Shown here piece after piece: positions 1-7,953 of a stretch of DNA of 20,000 bases. This stretch comes from an uncultured virus (IMG/VR IMGVR_UViG_3300044637_001305) (Duplodnaviria > Heunggongvirae > Uroviricota > Caudoviricetes), in the IMG/VR virus record IMGVR_UViG_3300044637_001305; one strand, 5' to 3'. A program made the position numbers and the translations under genes. Every line of letters starts with the position of its first letter. Position 1 is the stretch's first letter. The notes below the pieces were generated by a model. The model was not told where the DNA came from, searched no databases, and was given only the letters and a program-made list of their open reading frames with translations.

Positions 1-1044
1 TATCGTATTAATGAATTTGAAACCCCTCAGAAAGCTTTAGAATATTTGGATAAAAAAATTCAAAGATCCTTTACACCAAAAAATGCTAAAACAGTTAAAC
101 TATATGTTAATTGGGATGAGGTAACTAATGGAACAAAGGAAAGTGCTGAACTTATGGATAGGTACCTTAAAGAAACTGGAAACCCCAACCCCCTAACCCC
201 ACCAGGAGGTACCTATGTTTGGGCACATGGGGATATGTTTAATACTTGGGCTAAAAAAAACGAAGACACTATTGATGAAAAATATTTTAGGACAGGTGTA
301 GAATCTCAAACAATAATTAAAAACCTATATAGTCCTGATGTTAAAAAAAGAACACTATTAATGACTTTAGAGGAGACAAGACAACATTATATAAAAAATA
401 AACAACCAACTGAACAAGTAGACAGATTAATAAGTAAAATAGAAAATTTGGATACTGAAAAATTAAATCTTTTTTTAAAAAATAATGTAGATGATCCATT
501 ATTAGGGTATAGTATTAAAAGATCTGCACATAAACTATCGTATTTTTTAAATATCCAAGAAATAGAGGCCGATTTTACTGCATTAATAAGAGAATTAATG
601 GATAAAGGAACCAATAAAGAAAATATTGGTTTTGCTAGTTGGTTAGTTGAGTATTTAAAAAAAAGTAACAAACTAGAAACTTTGTCAAAATTATCAGATG
701 AGGAAAGCCTATCAAAACAAATAATGATGTATATTACAAATTTAGGTAACATTAATAAAAATAAGGCACAAAAATACGCCAATAATACTTCATCATATTT
801 TTGGGAATTTTTAAATCGTATAGAGAGTGAATATAAAAAAGTTTATCCTGATGATACACAAAAACTATATAGTAAACTTTACAAACAAGCGTATGAAATA
901 ATTAGTAAAGGGTTTCCTGTTGTTGCCGGTGTTGTATTTGCAGGCAAATCGTTTTTGGACGATGATAAAGAAATAACAACCGAAAACACTAAAAGATTGA
1001 GTCTTTTAGAGATATTTAAAAATACTTATAATTTACAAACCTAA
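1..1044 (+). CDS. Hypothetical protein, 5'-truncated by the window edge (probable virion-associated protein)
   Basis: Frame is open from base 1 (YRINEFETPQKALEYLDKK...), so the TTG at 46 is not necessarily the start. Ends TAA at 1042-1044. C-terminal hydrophobic stretch FPVVAGVVFAG. Confidence 0.8.
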   Translation, partial: YRINEFETPQKALEYLDKKIQRSFTPKNAKTVKLYVNWDEVTNGTKESAELMDRYLKETGNPNPLTPPGGTYVWAHGDMFNTWAKKNEDTIDEKYFRTGVESQTIIKNLYSPDVKKRTLLMTLEETRQHYIKNKQPTEQVDRLISKIENLDTEKLNLFLKNNVDDPLLGYSIKRSAHKLSYFLNIQEIEADFTALIRELMDKGTNKENIGFASWLVEYLKKSNKLETLSKLSDEESLSKQIMMYITNLGNINKNKAQKYANNTSSYFWEFLNRIESEYKKVYPDDTQKLYSKLYKQAYEIISKGFPVVAGVVFAGKSFLDDDKEITTENTKRLSLLEIFKNTYNLQT

Positions 1045-1085
1045 TATTTTTTTTAACATATTTATTTAAATAAAACAATTTGATG
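1043..1085 (+). repeat. 43-bp leader repeat, copy 1 (contains TATTTAT motif and start codon)
   Basis: AATATTTTTTTTAACATATTTATTTAAATAAAACAATTTGATG; 41/43 identical to 4211-4253. Confidence 0.9.
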
Positions 1086-4000
1086 AACGATCTAGATTCC
1101 GTAATAAAAAAAATACTTCTTAATATGAATTATGACTCAAAAAAAACTTTGAGTGAAAATGTCCATACCACAGAAAAAAAATTAATAGACAATAGACCAT
1201 TAATAAAAAAACGTTTTTTAAATGAGGGTAGGTGTGAAGATGCTGGATATTTTATTCCTGTTGGTATGGCGGAAATTATGAGATTCCAACATTGGGTTTT
1301 TGAAGTTTTAGAAAAAGATGCTAAAATAGTGGGATCAAAAAAATGGAGTGATGGTGCGTCATATAATACATATAATTCAATACTTTGTAGTTCCCCTTGT
1401 ATCTACAAAGAGGCGGTTGATGGCGCCTTTGGTTCGTCCCCAACTGCTAAAACATATAGCGCTTGGCAAAAATATGGTGAAACATATAAAAAAACATTTC
1501 CAGATTGGTGTATACCTCAGAATAAATTCACATATATGGCAACAGGTGTGGATAGACCCGTACAAGGAATGACTCAAATAAAAAATTTCCAAAAATGGTT
1601 TTTAGAGCATTATGAGAAAAATTTAGATCCAACCAAAACACCTACAGTTCTATGTGGAAATAAGACATGTTGTAAAGAGGGTGTTGGGTGTGCTATTGAT
1701 GGATCTTGGGGCGCAGGAACAGAAGCGGCTTGGAAACATACCATTCAACCAATAACTATAAAAACTTGGGACCCTATTACTCAAAAATATGTACAAAAGG
1801 GGTTAACAGATTGGTGGTACGGTAAACCTGCGGGTGATGCTTATACTAAATTAAACCCTAATTGGGGTGAACAAATAACATGGGATTTTGTTGAGGAAAA
1901 AAAGAAGGAAGAACAAAAAACAGTAGTGAATGCAACATTACAAATGGCGTCAACATTAAAAAATATAAAGAATTTTATGAACGACCCATCTGGTTGGGAT
2001 GGGGTGGCGGTTAGAGACCCCATTAATCCTAGATATCAAGATTGGAATAATTCAACATATTGGAAAACCAACCCTAAAGACGTTTTTCTTCGTGAAGGAT
2101 ATGGATGGGATTATGATGTTTCAACATACCCAATGCCTAAAAAATATACCTCAGAAGAAATGGGTATTTTTCGTGTTACAAAAACTGACGGAAAAGAGCA
2201 AGGGAAAAAAATTGACCCAAATGTTGCATCAACAACTGCAGTTAATAACATTTATACACCGTTTAAAGATGATTGGATGAAATTAAGTCCCGAAGAGGCC
2301 TCAAAAATGGAGGTGTGGAGAGCAATGACTAAATTTAACAACGATCTTGATAAACAAAAAACAAGAATAGATGGTGTTTGTAAACCTATAAGGGTTGGTG
2401 TTGACGGATCAAAGACTAAAAACGGCAAAGGGTATAATAAATGGATTAGTCCTCATGATATTTGTATCACGGCTGGTGGTTTATGGGCATATGAAAAAGA
2501 TGGTGTAACATCTTGTGGTTGTAGAGATATGACCGCACCGTCAATTAATGGTCCTGCATCACAGGGAACAATGATATGGAGTTCTGGTGAAGGTATTGAA
2601 ACTTTTTTTAGTATGCCTTCAGCAGTTAGTCTTTTAGAATATAAAACTAAAATAAATACTCTTTTTGTAAAACCGCTTTCTGAATATACATTAAAAGATT
2701 ATGCGACAGTAGTTAGTGAAGTTACAATGCCATTGACTTTTGCCACTATGGTACTTTTTCCTGCTTTTGGTGTTAGTAAATTAACTACCGAATTGGTTTT
2801 ACTTTCGTATGATTTGGTAGATGCCGCGGCGTATATGGTTTTAGATAATCCATATGGTGTTGGGTTATCATTGACCATGGCCGTTATTGGTGCACCTAAT
2901 GTTATAAATAAAATTCCAGCAATAAGGGCATTTACTGATGGTACTAATGCGGCAAAAACAAAACAATTCATTAAAGATTTTTCAGAAGCATTAATTCAAA
3001 ACAGCCCTAAATTAATGACTATGTATAAAAATGTCTGTGAAGAACTTTGGGTTAATACTGCGTGGATAAAAATGATGGTTAGTTCACGAGCACCTAAATT
3101 GGTTAAAGGAGCTAAAACGGTTGCTAAAGTTAGTAAAGGTATTATAAATATCTCTAAATTTAGCGGACAAAAAATGTTAAATTTTACAAAGTTTTTGTTG
3201 ACTACAGATAAAAAGGGATGGTCATTTTTTAGAAATTTAATAATAAACTTCCCTTTACCTATATATGCTTGGGATCAATTGGCATATCGTATGGGGTATT
3301 GTAATAGTATGCCATTTGAACAAGTTGTTGAAATGAATGACCGTATTGAAAAATTAGAAACAGAAAAAAATCCATTAGACTATACTGATGAAGATAAAGA
3401 AATGATAAAAAGTAAACCGTGGAAAGCATTTGTTTTAATGGCCAAAGGTGCAGCACCTTTTCAGACCGAGACAGAACCATGTAAAAAATTAAATCTTTAT
3501 CACAATGCTCTTGAAAAATTTAAAGGTGGTGGAGATGAGGCATTTAATCTAGCTAAAAGTGAAATTGAAGAACTTAAAAAACAACTTGAAGAAGGTGGTT
3601 TTGGTTCTAAAATATTATTACAATTAAATGACGCTACTGAATCATCATTTACAACCGGAACCGTTGACACGATTTGGGATTTAAATGTATATGCGGTTCA
3701 AGCGGCATTAAATCATTTTATTGGGCAAAAAAGACCAACAGAAACAAAAATTACTGAATATGGTTATATGGATGATGAAACAAAAAACGCAATAGTACTA
3801 TTTAAAGAATATTCTGGTTTAATAAAACCGACTACAATATCAAATTACATTGAGGATGAAAAAATAACTAATGATTTTTTAACAAAGTTAAAAGATTATA
3901 TAACGGTAAATGCGAGTTCAATTGTGGACCCTAAAGTAATTGATTATAGTAGTGAAGATATGCAGAAATCAAGTTATGAAAAAATATATAAAAAGTATAA

Positions 4001-4178
4001 CGTTTTAAAAGGGTTAAGTTCTGAGCCACCTAAAGACACTACCGTTTATCAAGAATATTTTATAAATAAAATAGATGAACTTACACCAGAACAAAAGAAA
4101 AACTTAATCCAAAGTTCTGAGGATGGTATGGATGATACTTGGTTAGACGATATGTACGAAAGGTGGGGTAAACAATAA
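1083..4178 (+). CDS. Large hypothetical virion protein with three peptidoglycan-binding-like (PG_binding_1-type) motifs and a hydrophobic hairpin
   Basis: About 1031 aa (ATG 1083; TTG 1080 alternative). Motifs IMRFQHWV..VDGAFG..TYSAWQKY, IKNFQKWF..IDGSWGAGTEAAWK and VYAVQAALN..YGYMDDETKNAIVLFK resemble the PGBD pattern Q..L...DG.FG..T..A. Hydrophobic segment at about 2710-2900. Confidence 0.6.
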   Translation: MNDLDSVIKKILLNMNYDSKKTLSENVHTTEKKLIDNRPLIKKRFLNEGRCEDAGYFIPVGMAEIMRFQHWVFEVLEKDAKIVGSKKWSDGASYNTYNSILCSSPCIYKEAVDGAFGSSPTAKTYSAWQKYGETYKKTFPDWCIPQNKFTYMATGVDRPVQGMTQIKNFQKWFLEHYEKNLDPTKTPTVLCGNKTCCKEGVGCAIDGSWGAGTEAAWKHTIQPITIKTWDPITQKYVQKGLTDWWYGKPAGDAYTKLNPNWGEQITWDFVEEKKKEEQKTVVNATLQMASTLKNIKNFMNDPSGWDGVAVRDPINPRYQDWNNSTYWKTNPKDVFLREGYGWDYDVSTYPMPKKYTSEEMGIFRVTKTDGKEQGKKIDPNVASTTAVNNIYTPFKDDWMKLSPEEASKMEVWRAMTKFNNDLDKQKTRIDGVCKPIRVGVDGSKTKNGKGYNKWISPHDICITAGGLWAYEKDGVTSCGCRDMTAPSINGPASQGTMIWSSGEGIETFFSMPSAVSLLEYKTKINTLFVKPLSEYTLKDYATVVSEVTMPLTFATMVLFPAFGVSKLTTELVLLSYDLVDAAAYMVLDNPYGVGLSLTMAVIGAPNVINKIPAIRAFTDGTNAAKTKQFIKDFSEALIQNSPKLMTMYKNVCEELWVNTAWIKMMVSSRAPKLVKGAKTVAKVSKGIINISKFSGQKMLNFTKFLLTTDKKGWSFFRNLIINFPLPIYAWDQLAYRMGYCNSMPFEQVVEMNDRIEKLETEKNPLDYTDEDKEMIKSKPWKAFVLMAKGAAPFQTETEPCKKLNLYHNALEKFKGGGDEAFNLAKSEIEELKKQLEEGGFGSKILLQLNDATESSFTTGTVDTIWDLNVYAVQAALNHFIGQKRPTETKITEYGYMDDETKNAIVLFKEYSGLIKPTTISNYIEDEKITNDFLTKLKDYITVNASSIVDPKVIDYSSEDMQKSSYEKIYKKYNVLKGLSSEPPKDTTVYQEYFINKIDELTPEQKKNLIQSSEDGMDDTWLDDMYERWGKQ

Positions 4179-4179
4179 C

Positions 4180-4240
4180 TATTTATCTAAAAATAGGTAT
4201 TTATAAACTAAATATTTTTTTTAACATATTTATATAAATA
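4180..4240 (+). promoter_or_regulatory. Cluster of three TATTTAT motifs (putative phage late promoters)
   Basis: TATTTAT at 4180, 4198 and 4227. The last is part of the perfect palindrome TATTTATATAAATA (4227-4240). Confidence 0.6.
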
Positions 4241-4253
4241 AAACGATTTGATG
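4211..4253 (+). repeat. 43-bp leader repeat, copy 2
   Basis: AATATTTTTTTTAACATATTTATATAAATAAAACGATTTGATG; two mismatches to 1043-1085. Confidence 0.9.
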
Positions 4254-7055
4254 GAAAAACAAATATTAAATGAAATTGTAAGAATTAGACAAATGATGGG
4301 TTTAGGATCTGTTTTGTCTGAAGGACCTGAAAGCTATTGTCCTTTTTGTGTTGAATTTTTTAGTCAAATTAGTAAAATACTTGATCAAGCGGCAAAAATT
4401 GGAGACGACGCTAATGTAACAAAACAACTAGAAGATATAAGATCAAAAATTGATAGTTCAGGACTCAATTTGAATCAAAAAGAAACACTAAAAAAGATTT
4501 TAGATGATGTAACGCTTGAGTATAAAAACACAAAAAGTATTACAAAATTACAAGATGATATAAAATTAAAAATTAAAAATGAAGCATTATCTGATATTGT
4601 TCAGCCAAATGTCGTTGTTAAAAATATAGTTGATCCGGACATAATAATAAAAGATATTAATTTTGCAACAGAATTATTTGATTCAGGTGCAAAACATCAA
4701 ACATATAAAACTGAAATTGAAACAACCCTTGATACTGTAATTGAGTTCGCAAATAAAAATAAAAAATCAGATGTATCATTAAAAGACGCAACAATCGCAG
4801 AACTTGATTCTTTTATTCGTGAAAAATATGCCACCGATGGCTTGGATCCAGAATTAATTAATAATTTGATGCCAAAATGGAAAGAATGGATTGAAGGTTT
4901 GGAAAAAATTAAATCTATGGATCTTGGTAAAATTGAAAGAAGCATACCATATAAAGGTACCGATACTTTGGATGTAAAATATTCAAATAAATTTTTTGAA
5001 ATAATTAAAAAGACAGGTGACGATTTAACCGAAAGTGAATTGGCGTTCAAAAAACTTGTTGAGGATTGGAAGGCAGGTAAAGATATCACTGATGTGGATT
5101 TTGAAGCCGCTTTGAAAAAAATTGACGAGGATTCCGTTAAACCAAAGCCGGAAGATGAAGTTATTGACAATAATGTTACACAAAGTGATGATATTGTTGA
5201 TCCCGTACCTGAAACAAATAATTTCTTTGATGTTTTTGCTAATGAAAGTTTAATAGATTCTGAGTTCATTTCAGAATTTCATAGGTTTAGAATGGTAGCT
5301 GGAAATTCAGATAATGATTTCTACAAAAAATGTGTTAAAAATATTGAGGACGGTAAAAAATTGTCGTCAGCAGACATATTAAAATTAAACGACGAAATAT
5401 TTAGTAAGTTTCCAAAGGTTAAAGATCGTTTATTAAACCCTAAGAAAACAAAACTCAATATATGGCAAACATTTTATTGGTCAACGGTTGAACCACTTGT
5501 AAGACAGTACAGAGCACTTTGGAGACAGGGCGATACTAAATTTGAAAAAATGGCAAGAGAATCGGTCAACGAGTCAGGTGAACAAATTTATAAAGAAGGG
5601 GCTAATTTTACATTTTATGCGGATGAATTTCTTAAAAAACTTGAGGGAGCTATAACATTTAGTGAAAACATAACAGGGGCACAAATAAAACAATTAAAAG
5701 ATCGTTTTGTTAGATTGTCTGCAAATAATAGTGAAACTTATAGGATTTATTATGATAAATTATGGAAAGATTTAGATGAGTATTTGAATAATAATTTAGA
5801 TTCTGCCGCAAAAAATAATTGGAACAAACTAAAAGAAAAAATCGCAACAGAAAAGGAAAGTAATTGGAGATATCTTACTTGGTCTGAAATTACGGGTGAC
5901 CCTTCTCTAATTAAAAAGGCTCAAGAAATTTTAGATAAAGAAAAGGCTCTTAAAACTGGAATCAGAAAAGAGTTGGGAAATATTGATAATTATATAAATG
6001 CTGCTATATCATATGTTATGAGAAAGTTTGGCGGTAACATTATAAGTTATTTTATAACAGGTAATTTTAGAACACCTAGACAAATGATGGAATATATGGT
6101 TAAAAACGGGTATCAAAAATCAGGAGTTGGTTGGTTAAAATTGAGTGCTGAGGCTTCAAATTATATGCAAATGAAACTTTTCAAATATCTGTATCTACCG
6201 GTTATTGCCAGTTTAGGGATTTACATATCAAGTTTATTATCATCGACAGTCACTTTAACCGGTGATGAGATAAGTTTTCTTGAAACTTTTTGGGGTCAAC
6301 TAACAGGAAAAGATGATGGGGGATTAGAAAAAACCATTAAGTCTATTGGAGGTTTTATTTGGGACGATTTTTCCAAATATTCTCCTGAGTGGTATAAATG
6401 GTACAAAGAATATGGTATTTCTATGCCTCTTTCACCAGCAGGTAAATCACTCGTTTATTTAACGGCAATTGCACAATCAGACCTACCAACACAACAACAA
6501 AGACAAGAAGAGGCTGAAACCAAAACATTCAACGAAGTAAATAAAAAATTGGAAACTAATTGGGATAACGCAACCCCTGAACAACAACAAAAAGCAAGGT
6601 CTGAATCGGCATATGCAAAACTAAGAGGTGGTTTAAGTGAATATAAATACCCCGATTTGACTGCAGATGAACAAAAGTTAATATACAGTAGATTGTCGTT
6701 TGAACCCGGTATAACAAGAGACGAAAATTTTGATTCTTTAATTCAAGACAAAGAAAATGTATTAAAGGATAGTGCTGAAAAAGTGGCGTTAGGTCAATTT
6801 GATCCTAAATCAATTAATGTTAAAGCAATAAAAGGTTATGGTTTAATTGAAGGTAAAAGCGGAAATAAATATAAAGTGGTTCCTGTTTTTAGAAATAATG
6901 ACCCGTATTCTTTATATGGAAAAACATCAGACCCGAATATAAAAGATTATTGGGCTTGGTTGAAGCCACCACATGACGAGATAACAAGTAAAGATTCCGT
7001 CCAACCATTTAGTATGAAGCAATTCATAGAAGAATATAATACAGGTAAAAATTAA
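4251..7055 (+). CDS. Large hypothetical helical protein, probably capsid-internal/ejection protein
   Basis: About 934 aa (ATG 4251; TTG 4248 alternative). N-terminus MEKQILNEIVRIRQMMGLGSVLSE has (I/L)-x-E sites; TM-like segment YLYLPVIASLGIYISSLLSSTVTL. Function is inferred. Confidence 0.55.
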   Translation: MEKQILNEIVRIRQMMGLGSVLSEGPESYCPFCVEFFSQISKILDQAAKIGDDANVTKQLEDIRSKIDSSGLNLNQKETLKKILDDVTLEYKNTKSITKLQDDIKLKIKNEALSDIVQPNVVVKNIVDPDIIIKDINFATELFDSGAKHQTYKTEIETTLDTVIEFANKNKKSDVSLKDATIAELDSFIREKYATDGLDPELINNLMPKWKEWIEGLEKIKSMDLGKIERSIPYKGTDTLDVKYSNKFFEIIKKTGDDLTESELAFKKLVEDWKAGKDITDVDFEAALKKIDEDSVKPKPEDEVIDNNVTQSDDIVDPVPETNNFFDVFANESLIDSEFISEFHRFRMVAGNSDNDFYKKCVKNIEDGKKLSSADILKLNDEIFSKFPKVKDRLLNPKKTKLNIWQTFYWSTVEPLVRQYRALWRQGDTKFEKMARESVNESGEQIYKEGANFTFYADEFLKKLEGAITFSENITGAQIKQLKDRFVRLSANNSETYRIYYDKLWKDLDEYLNNNLDSAAKNNWNKLKEKIATEKESNWRYLTWSEITGDPSLIKKAQEILDKEKALKTGIRKELGNIDNYINAAISYVMRKFGGNIISYFITGNFRTPRQMMEYMVKNGYQKSGVGWLKLSAEASNYMQMKLFKYLYLPVIASLGIYISSLLSSTVTLTGDEISFLETFWGQLTGKDDGGLEKTIKSIGGFIWDDFSKYSPEWYKWYKEYGISMPLSPAGKSLVYLTAIAQSDLPTQQQRQEEAETKTFNEVNKKLETNWDNATPEQQQKARSESAYAKLRGGLSEYKYPDLTADEQKLIYSRLSFEPGITRDENFDSLIQDKENVLKDSAEKVALGQFDPKSINVKAIKGYGLIEGKSGNKYKVVPVFRNNDPYSLYGKTSDPNIKDYWAWLKPPHDEITSKDSVQPFSMKQFIEEYNTGKN

Positions 7056-7060
7056 AAAAA

Positions 7061-7927
7061 ATGAGTAAAAGATTTGACGAAGACAATTTTAAACATTGGA
7101 AGGATACTTTCAAGTTTCAATCGTATGACGATGAAAATGGTGAATATAAAGACGTAAAAATCAAAATGGAAGACGTAATGGACAGAATAGATCATTACAG
7201 AAAAAAATATGATGAGGATGATTCTTTTGTAAGGGCGGTGGTTGATACCCACGAAGACGTGGTAAAAATCATGTTTACTAAAGATTTGGCACATCTTACC
7301 GAATCTGTAGAGTTACATGGTCTTGTTAAAATTTTACAAAACATAAGTGAAAGTAGAGGTGAAATGGAAATTTGGTCAGTTGCTAGACCGGCAGACGGAA
7401 ACTGGTTTTTAGTGAAGGGTTCTTTTAATAAAAGACAGTTAGCGAACATGGATTTACACAAAAAAGATAGACCTGATAAAGAAACTGAACATAGAGAAAA
7501 ACCCGAACAAGGGTTAAAAAAAAAAGAGGAAAGCGCAATACAAACACTAAAAACTAACGAAGAGCAAGGTTTAAAATTACTACCTGTTAAAATACAACAA
7601 AAAGTTAAAGAAAAAATGGCAAAGGGTTGGACGACAGAAACACCCTACCAATTCTTTAATGAATTTTACGATGAAAGTGAAATAAATTCAGTTTTCAATG
7701 AAAAGATTAAAATTTTCAAACTGAAACCTACTCACGAATTTTTTAACAAATTAAAAGAAAATTCTGCTAAAATTTCTTTAAAAAGAGGTTTTTGTAGATC
7801 AATATATTTATCCAAAAATGATTCAGACATTAATCAAGAACAAGAAAAAGTAGTAAAACATATCTTAACAAGATGTGACCAAAAGTTTGAGGGTAAAATA
7901 GGAATTTATAGATCGGAACCGAATTAA
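7061..7927 (+). CDS. Hypothetical protein
   Basis: 288-aa ORF starting 5 nt after the upstream stop; K/E-rich; no recognisable domain. Confidence 0.8.
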   Translation: MSKRFDEDNFKHWKDTFKFQSYDDENGEYKDVKIKMEDVMDRIDHYRKKYDEDDSFVRAVVDTHEDVVKIMFTKDLAHLTESVELHGLVKILQNISESRGEMEIWSVARPADGNWFLVKGSFNKRQLANMDLHKKDRPDKETEHREKPEQGLKKKEESAIQTLKTNEEQGLKLLPVKIQQKVKEKMAKGWTTETPYQFFNEFYDESEINSVFNEKIKIFKLKPTHEFFNKLKENSAKISLKRGFCRSIYLSKNDSDINQEQEKVVKHILTRCDQKFEGKIGIYRSEPN

Positions 7928-7953
7928 ATAAAATTATCAAATATTTATTGTAA

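Noticed and set aside
7044..7063. Programmed -1 frameshift fusing the 934-aa and 288-aa ORFs at GGT AAA AAT TAA AAAAA ATG
   Set aside because: T AAA AAT is not a proper X XXY YYZ heptamer and no stimulatory structure is evident; an A-rich leader with reinitiation explains it.
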